Shown one piece after another: positions 13,315-25,800 of a stretch of 64,000 nt of DNA (position 1 is its first letter; the number at the start of each line of letters is the position of its first letter). Location: positions 14,012 through 78,011 of the forward strand of contig NW_019218054.1 in assembly GCF_002571385.2 (NCBI RefSeq), written 5' to 3'. The notes beneath the pieces are model-generated. The model was given only the letters and a program-made list of their open reading frames with translations. It was not told the origin of the DNA and did not search any database. The stretch is from Stylophora pistillata. Its lineage: Eukaryota. A program made the translations under genes and the position numbers.

Positions 13315-15095
13315 TCTGATAACGTCAATGACAAAAGAAAGATAGTTAAATCTGGTAATTACACAAAGGAAAACTGATGGTGCACAAGTCGACTCAAAAG
13401 GCACACGCATAACCTATGCCAGACTGGTAACTCAACCGTGGAGGATCGTAAACGCGATATTTTCAATATGAATTAAATTCCAGTGTTTACATGGCAGTTT
13501 CGCTTTCGCATGGCTAAAAAATTAAAGAAACGCAGCGGCCCAGCGTAAAATGTTGATGTAGGAGAAGTCAGTCGAAAAACCGATTAAAATAATTATTACG
13601 ATCGAGTAAAAGCTCCATTAACCGGTAGTGTTCACAATTACAACCACCTATCACCCCTCCCTGAGTAATAACACTCTTCCCCCACCTCTCCCTCAGTACT
13701 TGTCGACTGCACCCACCCCTCCCTGAGTACTAAAGGTGTGCCTCTCCTCTTATAAAATGGTCCAAAAAATCGTCCAAAAACTCGTCCAAAAAATAGTCCA
13801 GTCCAGTCCATATTTTACCCTATGCCAGAAAACCGAGTGTACTGGGCCTAAACCGAGCCTACTGAGCCTAATGAACAATGAACAATACAGAGATAATAGA
13901 ACAAAAAATATTCAGAACATGTATCTTTGAACGATTGGCTTTAACATAACGCGAGGCTAGAATTTCATAATCACAAAAACAGTTGGATGCGAACACCGCT
14001 TTCATAAGAATCCTGTAGTTTATAGCCTTTTTTTGAAGGAAGCAAGCCAATTAAAATGCTTACAACTGACTTCGTCATTGCATATTTACATGGTCATCAA
14101 GTGTCGTTTAAATGAAGAAAGAAAGAACGGAAGAACGCGATTTCAAGTACTTTTTTCTGACCATACGGTCTCCTATCTCGAGAAAAACTTTTACCAGTTA
14201 TGGTTGCTTCAGTGAAAAAGGAAAAAGTTACTTCCCACGCCAGGAGGTTAAAAATTGTTTGACCGTGAAGTGCACAGTGCAGAGACAAAAACCAGTTTAG
14301 TGCACCGGAGAGAGAACTTTTTTCAGGCTTTATTTTCACTACGACTATAGTAGAATTCATTACACTGAGTCAAAATCACTCCGTTGTCTTCATCTATAAC
14401 ATATGTGCCACATGTATCGTCCGCGTCAATCGCTATCATGTAATTAGCTTGCGTGAAAACCGGCATTTATACCAAAACCTAATTTCCGACCACGATTCTT
14501 ATCAAGAATTTGGACCTTAAATAACTTAGACCGCAACGTCCCTTTCTTTCGTCAAAAAAGCCTCAAAAAGTAATTAAAACACCCTCCCCCAAGGTAAAGA
14601 AAAACTGAACGGAATGTCCATGACTTAGCGGAAGCATAACACATGTAGAGTTCTAATTAAACCGTTCATAAAATGAGTCAGCTAATCATGTATTTGGTTC
14701 ATTGGCAGGGGAAATCTCTCGTTCCTATTACGTTTTTGGTCATCATCGTTCCTCGTTGAGTACTCAAACAGAAAATGTCCACCCCCCCTCAGAAAGAGGG
14801 GGGGGTGGACATTTTAAACTAATTAACACCTCAAAATTCATTGAAATTTACAAAAGAAAGAAACGTATGCCAGCCATCTTAATCGAGGAAATCTTTGAGG
14901 TTAGGATTCTCCATTACCCTGTTATAGAGTACAATAAAATTACAAGAATGAGATAGTAGTTTTGATCTTCAGAAAATGTTTGGTAGTTGCCATAGTTCTC
15001 CCACGAGTGAAACTGTTTCGTGGACATGAAATGCTCTTAATGGCCATATTCTTTATTAACTTTTGAAGTATCACTCTGCCAAGTCTTGGGGTCAG

Positions 15096-15588
15096 CCTGA
15101 CCACGAGACTACAAGACAAGGAACAACTTCCTTGAGGAAACATGACTTTTGACATGTTCCAGTATTTTCAAATGACGTAAGGGGTACACTCTCCTTTAAA
15201 AAATTAAAAATAAGACTATGACCGTACTTTTCACTGTACGGAAAATGGGTTAGTTCCAATGGCACATCGACTAGTAAAAGGAACCTGCCTTTACTAGAGA
15301 GATTACAAAACAATGTTGCGGTTATTTTTTAGGAAGCAGTCTTGTGATCAACCTGACCACAAGAACGCAAGACAAAGAACACCTTGCTTGAGGAAACATG
15401 ACTTTTGGCATGTTCCAGTATTTTCAAATGACGTAAGGGGTACCCTCTCCTTTGAGAAAAAATAAGACTATGTCAGCGTGCTTTCCATTGTGCGGAAAAT
15501 GGGGTAGTTCCAATGGAACATCGACTGGTAAAAGAAAACTGTTTTTACTAGTGAGATTACAAAACAACGTGGTTATTTTTTAGGAAAC
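15096..15588 (+). repeat. Tandem duplication, about 257-bp unit x2
   Basis: cctgaccac...ttgaggaaacatgactttt...atgacgtaaggggtac...gagattacaaaacaa...ttattttttaggaa occurs twice. Confidence 0.85.
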
Positions 15589-18500
15589 CGTCAGCTGTAT
15601 CGTTCCAGGAGAGCGATGGGCCTTTGATACATTTTTTTTTCGCTCAGGTTGTTACTATTTTTAAAAAAAATACGGTTTTGACTAAGGGAATAATTAATTA
15701 TCCGCTAAACTCACAGGCGTGTCCAGTTGATTTTTTAGTTATTAGGAGATAAATTCTAGTTCCTTTTGGTAACATTCTCCCAGGTCGTTTGATACAAATC
15801 AGGGAAAGACTCGCTTTTATTCACAAAACTCCGAGTATCTAGATCCATTTCCGTTACAGTTATCATGCTTTGTCCGCAAATGAGTCACCCACTTACTCAC
15901 TGAAATGTAGACTCTAGTAATTAGTCGTCCCGAACTCGCCTGAGCAGAAAAAAATTTATTGGATTAATAGCCACGCATAAAAACAACAGAGAGGCATTGA
16001 AACAGTTCACGACCAGAGTTAGCCATGGGTATTCTTTGATTCCATTAAGTAAAATTTTACTCTAATCCTTAATGCACTTAACCAGTTAAGCCTTCTGGCG
16101 TATTTAATTCCTTCCTTTAAGTGGCGGAAGAGCAAATCCACTTCAGAGAACACACCCTAGTAAAACAAACAGCCGAGTCAAAGGATTCTGGCTGTGGGAA
16201 CAACAGCCATTAAAATGCTAATGGTACGCTCAAAAATACTTCATTTATACATAAAACCTCAGACAACAGGTCAGGTATTTTTATTGATAAATCGCATTCA
16301 CACCAAAACTGGACGGATGTTTTCAAAAAATCTTTCTTCTTAGAAAGTAGCAAACAAAGATAGATTTTAGCCAAGCCGGAAAGAAATAAAACAACAAACA
16401 ATTTGAGATTGCAAACTTAGGCTCTTCTCATTTGGCTCATGGGCGGCAAAGTAGTGACGTGTTTGTGGGGGAGTTATGACATAATTCAAGTTGAGCTAGA
16501 CAAAAATTAAATTGGCCAACGAAACTGCAATTAGTCAAGTTCAGTGAGAGCTCACGACAGTGATGCGGCGAAGTATTGAAGGGACGTCCATTAATGAAAT
16601 TGATGGCAGAGGAGGTGTCAATTGTAACTACTGTCGTTTTCAAAAAAAAAATTGTAAATGATGATTTCTATGTCATTATAATGGTAATGAAACCATCACC
16701 TTTGTACCTCTTCTACTAATTACCCACACCAACTGAATTCAAAGGATCAGTTCTCCCATTTGTTTTGTCTCAAATCCATGTAGACGCCTCATATCGATAA
16801 CTGTTGAATGTTATCATGACCTCAGGAAACAGGGTCTTTAATCTTATTTTCATCAAATAGTTTTTAACAAACAATAACATTGGTAATGAAACAGCAGTGT
16901 TGATTTATTTTTGATTTTTCTAATCGTTGATTTTGTAAACTAATCCCTGACTCGTATAAAGTACTAGCTGACACAGAAACATCTCCTTAACGTGATGATA
17001 ACATGTATAAAGGTTCCAATGTTGTTTTGGAGTAAAATGCTTGGTGAAAACTCAGATATCTCTATTTTATTTCTTATTTTTGTTTCTATATTTCCCTCAA
17101 TGTTATCAGTAATAGGATCAAATGGCTAGCGAACATCAGTAGTCCTATGGACAAATTTCTTATGGTGCGAGCCACAGTTTCTAGACAAATAATAGTCCAT
17201 CCACAATGCAGTCGTGTTTAACAAACATAACATAGGGACACCGATCAATTCGTAAAGGATAGCTAAGTATCAGAAGAAAAGAAAAATACAATTAACTGTA
17301 AAAAGCCACACAAGAATCAACTGAAATGAGGGTATAGTCTACCTCATAAGAAAAAATTGCTAGCCGTCGAAACAAAATACAACGACATTGCTAAAAGTGA
17401 CTAAATCGTGAAGTTCATATCACCAAGTTTAAGCATTTTGTATTTTAATGAAGTTTTACAGGCGAATTGGCAATTTTGATGCACCTCAGTTATTGTTTAC
17501 ATGTCTCGAGTTAGCACATCAAGTCATGATTTTTAAAATCACCATTAAACTGCATTGTCATGTTATTCTCACTATTTGTTCGCGCCAATTTTTTATTTCA
17601 TGGGGCTGAATAATGAGTCACATGCTTCTGGTAATGGCAAATTAAAATTTCAAGTTAATATCGTCTTTGTGAAATAAAAATACTTTGTCATATACTACTG
17701 ATGACTTTAATTTTACTGAGTCAGCGAATCAAACTATACATAGCAACAGTTCAAGTAAACAACGAAAAAAATCCTCTGCGAAAATGAACTCTTGATAAAC
17801 AAACTTTGAAGCACAGGAATTATATTCATTAAAGTTGTGTATACTGTACGTTCCTCAGCATATCTTTATTACGTATGGAAAATACCTCAAGTCAGAGAAG
17901 CTCGTTTAGTTGCCAAAGTGGAAGAAAATTGTTTAAACCTTAGGTTCTAAGTAACCAGAACTCCACGGTAAAAGATTTATCTTGTTCAAAGTCATTGCGA
18001 TGGCCAGGTAATAATAAAAATTACCATAAACAGCGGCCAAAGTACATAACAATCAAATGTTCAAAGTTCCTCCCTTCCAAATAACTCACCGAGAAAAGGC
18101 TCTCAGAAAGTTGAGTAAATGAACAAAATGCCACCAGCCATTTCACTATTTATTATTTTTTACGATCCCTCTGCCGTAGATGCGAACAATTACAAAACAT
18201 TTGCATTACTCTCTAATTTGCCCACGCCTTATTCTATAACACAGGGAAAATATTAGTACTATGTCAAACGTGTAGGAAGGTGAAAATTGAAAAAGTAATT
18301 TTCTTGAAATCCTTGGGGAGACCTTTCTAAATTACTGAAAGCCACAGAACAACATTTCAAAATAGAAGGCAGAGAAATCTGCCACCTTTGAAAGCAAAGT
18401 GCTTTAAATTTTTGCACAAGAAACTTATCCTTTTGCATGAGAATACTCCTTGATCTAAATCGAACTCCATTCGCTCCGAATGAGGGAAATTTTTTATTAT

Positions 18501-21500
18501 TCTGGCGTTATAAATTTCGCCTAAACATTTTTAGAGTCTTGTAGATGCTTTATATACGTAATGCCACGTAAACACGCCTGCTCGGATACAGATGACGTCA
18601 AGCAAAATTACAGGAAAAAGCTTTCAAACTGCAAAGAATTATGAGTTGTAGCAAACTCCACTCGATTTCTTTCAGATAAAACAATTGATTGAATTTGTAA
18701 TTTTTCCTAACACTTAAGACTTTACCAGAAAGTTTTCCTTGTTGTGCACAATTCGGGAGCGATCTGGGTTGATGCAGTCGCCGGTTAACCAATATCATCA
18801 GCTGATCTAAATGATCAAACTTCTTACGTCCTCTGACCAGAGGTCAACAAACAAGACCCAGAGCTTGTTAACGGAATGGACAGTTTCTATTCTTATTATG
18901 CAGAAATCTGTTTCCTTATGTGACCAAGACTCGTACATGTAGCGCTTTTCCAGCGAGCTTAAACATCACGACCCTGTCTCTGGAAGAAACAACCATACCT
19001 CGAAAATTGCAATTGTACTCTTAGATCACATAGCATGTGAACAGCAACAGTCATGTGCATGCTCGGATCATTGGTTACACGTGGGCCCGCGTGCAAATGA
19101 GTATTTACAATCAAAACCGTGAAGATGACGAAATTTGTTTTTGCAGCGTAGATTACTGAACGATTGGGGAGGAACCATTATCAATAACACTGAAATAATA
19201 GTCTGACAGCTTTTTTTGCTTCCTTTTAAATATAATAAAGTGTAATTGAACTAGGGATAACTTACCTCGCCATAAACGTAAAATGATGGGTTCTTGACGG
19301 TTTCAATCATTTTAACCAACGATCAATCTATGAAACAAGAAACGCGGCCTTCCGAAGCAATATCAATAATTGATATCTGTTTGCTTATTTCATACAATTT
19401 CGCAATGAAAATAAATGATTGAAGTGAAGTTTGCCATTCTGACATCTAAATTATCAGTTTATGTAAATTGGACCAACTTTCCTTAATTCTTTTATGTTAC
19501 TTTTATTGACGTTATCATTGAAATCATTCTTCTCCATATTAGGTTTCCTTTTTTGGATTAACGTGAGAATGATAAAGCAGTTTTTTCCAGTTTTTTTTTT
19601 TTTTTTTTTATAATAAATTCCCTAATCGTTCAAGCGCCTCGTTGTCAATTCTTACCCGGGATTTCACATAAGAAGTACAAAATATTTTCCATATTTAAAT
19701 CAACAAAGGGTACTTTAAGCAAAATTTATTGTTCAATTGTAACAACACAGAGCAATTTTGTTGAATTTTGCCTCCCCTGTAATATTTACTTCACAATTCA
19801 GAACATCCCAGGTCTGTGCAAGAGGATATTCAGCAAATGGAAAAAGCAATAACGAACAAACAACAATAAACGTAAGTGAAAGGACTTGATGAGTACAAAA
19901 TCTTATTCATCAATTATATCGCCACATTTATTGATTTTCAAAATTTTGCCGCCATCATGTGAATCTGTCGAGGCAGAAAGTTGTATTGTTCATGTATTGT
20001 GGGCATGCAAGTTTCTTTCAATGCCTAGGCTGAGAGCGGATAATGAAAGTTGCGTATCATATATTTAACTATATGCGTATGAACGAGAGCTCTTTCCGTC
20101 ATGGACAATCGATTTTACAAATGTTTCATTAATCCTTTCTACACGACACCCGAAACAGCTATTCAAATGTAAATGAAGCTGAAAACAGTGACTAAGCAAA
20201 ATATCTCTTTGAAGGTCAGGTAAGCTTGAAAACTTATAAAAGGCGTACACCGTCCTTTCCTTTTTTCATTGAATTGTAAAAAGTTACCAAACAAAACTTT
20301 AAAAATTAGCCTAGATAACCCAATTGAATATTAAAAGAAAAACCTAATGGTTCATTTGGGGAATAGTTTTTGATACCTTATTGATGGAGTATGAAATTCT
20401 AACCAGTTTTGTTATTTAGTATAGACGTCACACATTTCCGTTGCCCCAAATGGTGAGAAAAAAGCAAGTTGTTTAATAAAATCTCCTTCCCTTATATCTC
20501 GATAGAATTCAAATTTGTTTTAGGTCCTTCAAAGTCCGATTACGTTGGCAATCTTGGACAATCTAACGTAACGCAGACGTCATATCCTCTAAGGGAAAGA
20601 CTGCAGCTTTTGAAATTATTGCGAGGAAAGAAAAATTATTCGATATCTTTCCCTGAACAAAAGGAACGAACAAAATCCACTTCATTTCAAGAAAGGCTTA
20701 CAAAATTGGAACGGCAGCTATGACCAACTAAAAAGGAAGCAACGAGTGACGATATCTAATTGCATGAGTCAGGAATTTTTTCTGCCTGTGACATTTTTGG
20801 AAAAATCTTAATTAGGGTCCATGTCAGAACTTCAGAAACCTGACTTTGTCTATTGAGATGGCATAAGCATTAATTGCAATGTTTTTCAATCAATTTCTCA
20901 TGATTTCCTAACGAATTAAGAGAGAAGCTACTTTGATTTTTTTCTGTTTTGAAATGGCGAGTGAATTTTTTCCTCATTGTTCTTCATAAATAATTTCCCT
21001 TTTAGAAACCACCATGAAGCGTCTATGGTTTTGGGGCTTAAGGTTGCGTGTCAAGTATTTTCCAGGCTTAAAGGTTATAGCTTCCACCAAAAGGCGAAGG
21101 TTCAGATGTTAGAAGGCCTTATAAGTAAAGATATTAATAAATAAAAAAAAAATGCTAAACAGGGATATACCTATCCCTTGGGTGGCCAAAATTCTCATAT
21201 AAAGAAGAAAATAAAAGAAGCAAATGGGAAAATTTCAAGTCAAACTTCGGATTCCAGAGCCGATGACGTCAATGTACTTGTCAAAAATATTTCCTGACTT
21301 TTTCACTCAACTAATTAAAGCCTCGAAAATCAACTTTCGAGTGACCCTCATCTGAGAGATCTTAAGAAAGTCATGAATTTGTTTTCCTTATAGAAGTTTC
21401 CTCTTGAGTTCTTTAAGTAACATTTGGCGTCTAAGCACTTCTCAGTGAGAGCCACGTGTTTAGGAGATGCTTATTAAAGCATAACACGTGAATCCAAGCG

Positions 21501-22279
21501 TCCAGCACGATCAGTCTAAAAATAAGCAGTATCTGTTCTGAAGGTGATCCTCTTAAAATAACACATTTTTATTTGCGAGAATAGGTCAGACAAATCCAAA
21601 GAACCAAAGAGTGACCTGTTCAACCACAATGCCCTTTACCCACGCAAAGGTTACATTTTCATTCTTCAGTGAAAGTTTGGCGCTCTGAGTGAAACTCCCG
21701 GTGAATGTCACTGACTTTGCATTTACTCTAACATCATGCTTAAAGTCATGAACAGTTCGCTAAAAATAGGTCATTTGTTTGATTCATTGCTCAATATTGT
21801 ATTTCAGAATGGGTAAACTATCGAGAAAAGAACCCAAACATCTAAAATGGCTCTAATTAACCACTGAGGAGCTTTCCCTAAGCATGCTCTTATGAGCGAA
21901 CGCCATTCTACGAAAAAAATCTCAGACCTTGAGCCACTACGACACTATTTTGGTCCTGAATCGAATATCGTCCACTTTTTAATCAAAACAGGACTTGAAT
22001 TGGCTTTTGCTCAACTATCAAAGTGTCCGCTCGAGATTTTTTTTTTTTATCTTTTTCATGCTTTTTATATAACTGAGCCGCACCGAATAATAACTATCTC
22101 ACGATGTGCGCAGTCGCTTGTTTACAGTTGATCGAAAAGAAAAGCATGATAGATAGTGATATTAATTCCCCAAAGGGATTGTTTGTTCCCTAGGGTTTAT
22201 TGAGCTCGACGAGAATAAAATCACTGGGTCCGCGTTTTGAGGTTTAGTGAAGCATTTGCGTGTTCGTAGTTAGAACGCG

Positions 22280-22330
22280 CCCGTTGTATGACGTCACACT
22301 CGAACAGGAAATGAGGGTAATTTAAAGCGC
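22280..22330 (+). promoter_or_regulatory. Candidate proximal promoter of the double-PX gene
   Basis: Full CRE TGACGTCA (22289-22296), ETS-like CAGGAAAT, TTTAAA and local CpG enrichment about 600 bp upstream of the ATG; a probable 5'UTR intron lies at about 22653-22781. Confidence 0.4.
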
Positions 22331-22889
22331 GCAAGGCAAAAGAGATCTATTCAGGGTTATACACCTTTTTCCGGTTTCTTTTTAGTTTAAAGTTTGTTTT
22401 ACTTTTACAGCTAGAAATTAAAAAATGAGAAAAACCACCACATTTTAGCGGACTAAAGAAAAAAACTTGTTTGGCGTAAACAACATGATATTTTATGCAT
22501 CAAAAATTCTTTTGTGAAAACCTAGTGAGTATTCTTTAGTACGACCACCTCATTCAGATAACTTTCAGTTTTCCAGCTCGAAAGATGGAAATCTATTCGA
22601 TGTCTTGCTTCTTCCTGAAATACATCTTGCCTCGACTAATATTCCACCGTAGGTAAACAATTCAGTTTATTCTCCCGTTATTCGCCGTGTGTCCTTTTTT
22701 TTTTCCTTTTTTTTTTTTGATATTCGTGTCTCTACGATTTTTGTCTCACACATCACGCAATTATGCAAATCAGACTTTTAGGAGCTGTAATTGTTCGTAG
22801 TGACGCAGACTCTGACACCTACGCCTGCTCGTGACGATAACATAAAAAGACGGCACATTGATCCTTTGAACCATTCGAATACTCACGCC

Positions 22890-25800
22890 ATGGCAGGCAA
22901 GACTGTTCTGACGGCTAATGTAAGTGGGACTATTGATCCAAAAGATGGTGGCAAGGAACCAGAGGTAAGCTGCTTACAATTCCTCCCCAAAATATTTGAT
23001 ACCGCAACAATGAAATTGAAATTCTGATACTTTACGACACAACATGTATTTGTCGTGGTACATTTGTTTACATAGTTTTTTGTCGAAAAGGTATGATCTT
23101 TAAGCCATAAAAGGACCATTCAATAAAAGCAAATAGTGTTCACATTTGAAACTAGAGAAGAGTTCGGCGGTTTAACGCATCGGTTATCGCTTTACGATGA
23201 ATTTCAGAAACTTTTCATAACTGCGATTTTGGGTTGCTGCAATTTTTCTATTAGTAAGTCGTTCTGAATTAAAGTAAAGCTTAAAAGTGAACAATTCTGC
23301 GGCAAACTACTCTCATATATTTTGAAAGGGAGCGTACACGCTAAGATAACAGCTACAATGATTCGCGGAAAACGGGAAGAAGATTTCAAAAGTTATTTAA
23401 AAATATTTGAAAATTTAAGGGTAGTTTGGTACGCCTGCATTTCAACTGAAACGGTACATGCTACGTTATTTGTAAATCTCCACAATTACTGGAAAAAGTT
23501 GTATTTGTGTAATTTTTCGTAAGAATAGTAGTGTTTTACCGTAGCCGTGCAGTAAAGCTGCTTACTCATGCTTCGGATCGAAAGTGGCTACTCACAAGCT
23601 AGTAGTTAATTACTGATTACTAATCAGGAAGTCCGTCACTAAATTGCTCCAACTTACTTACAAAGCGCTGTGATTTACTCACTATGTGAAATAAAGAGGC
23701 TGGCTTGAAAAAAATTAAGATTTCTAATGCTTAACGAACGACTAGCTCTGGGAAAAGGAAATTAGTATGCAAATATGCACACACACTCAAGTGGGCTTAA
23801 TATGGGTCTGATTTCTTCCTTTTGCAGGCCTATAAAATTACTGTTGTTTTCAGCGACGGTACGAAGACTGTTTTACGAAAGAAATACGAAGAATTTGTCG
23901 ACTTGCAGGTAAGTTTAATGATGTTTTCTTAGAATTGCCGGCCCACACACAAACAAACTAACAAAAGCTTCTTTAATTCCATTGTTCACCTAAACCGTGA
24001 AACGTGTACCAGATAGGATAACATTTGCATAGGCATTTGAAGCGAAACGACAAAACCGCTTTTTCGTCTAACCAAAAAAAAAACCGAATCTACTTTTAGT
24101 GACACAGGAAGTCCCAAGTAACCGCATAAGAAATACCGCACATCCGCGTTCATTGTAAGCGAATACGTGGCAGTATTTTTGGAGTTTTCCCTATTAGACT
24201 TGATAATGTTTGAGCGCAAAGGCACTCATCCATTTTATGTACATACATTGGATCAATAATGAATCGAGGCCTCTTTTAAGACCGTTTTTTCCTTGCTTTA
24301 TCGCAAAATAAATCTAACAAATAGCCATTTTAATTTCAAGAATGTAATTGCCCAGCTACCAAAACCACAATCAATCGTTGTTGACATTCGGTCCATAAAC
24401 AAACCCGACTAAGCCCAATACAAACCTCTGATACTCAAGGATTTTATTTGTAGGTTAAGGTGTACGATTTGCTCAAAAAGAAAGGTGGCTACTCTAGAAA
24501 AACATCGAGGACTCTTGTTTCTAGCTTGCCAGGTACGTATGAGTACTCCTTTAGACAAGATAATTGCCTACGTCTGCCGGCAACACATACTCCTGAAAAT
24601 GGTTTTTATCATCGACGAGTGCTTTTCTCATATCAACGGCTTGTTTTGCTGAAATGATGGAGAACAGAAATGTTAACCATTCAAAATCTTTTGCACGACA
24701 GAAAACAACTCAGCACTTTCCAGAATTCTTTTTAAAGACGACTCTTTGAAGAAGATGGGAAGAATCGATGATTTTATGAAGGTAACGATTTCAATTCATC
24801 ATCTTACAAATCTGATGTATTTTGATCATGAATTCCACTTAGTTCGAAACATTACAAAGCCAAGTTCAAAGTTTCACGGCTTATTTTTCTTTTTTTTAAG
24901 GAGCTGTTAACCCTTCCAACATCAGTGAGGGACTCAGAGGCTATAATGATTTTTTTCGGTTCCTTCGAGCAACAAGGAAAGGGAGACAGGTTAGTACCTC
25001 TGTACTGTGAAGCATAAAGTTGGAACGTTTAGAGATAACTATGGATCTTATTTCTTGCAGATCGCGTGAAGAAGAACTAAAGAAAGTGACAAAAGTTGCT
25101 GAAATACCTAGCGGTAAGGATAATAAAAAATTTCCATGGTCCTTTGAGCAAGGAATGTTTTACAACGCATTTACGATCATGAGGGTTTTGACAACTAGCC
25201 TTGTCGTTTTAAAAGAATGAGATATGTGATATTATTTCCGGTAGAGCAATGGATACCACTCCATGAAATCGTTGATTTTACACATAAAATAATTTCTGAT
25301 ATTTGCAGGACGAGATCCACTTTGGAATCTGCCTAATCAAAGTCCAGTGACAAAGCGAAAGTCAACTCAGAATGCCACCTGGATGCCAGAAGATTTGAGT
25401 ATGCTCAGCGAAGAGGCGAGAGCTCATCTTTATCAAAAGCTGAACAGACTTAGCGAAAGGCGACCAAGCAAAGATGTCCCATTACTACCTCTCAGTAAAA
25501 AAAGAGCGGACTCCGTTGATGATGCTGTTCTGGCCAAGCCAAAAGGATCTCCAAGACCAGGCCTGACAAGGAGGCCAATTAGCGTGCCAGTGGGATTGGC
25601 CAGTATGGTCAGGGAAAGCGATGAGATGAAGGAAAACCGTCCAAGCACCCCCAAGCCTTTAAGAGGTAAAGTTCCCTCGCTACAAACTCTCAGTGAATTG
25701 AATGGGCAACACTCTGGGAGTGAAAGCAGCATTTCAGCACTGACGGACACTTCAGCCATCGATTCTGAGTTTTCCGAAGTAGAAGAACCTCGATCAAGAA

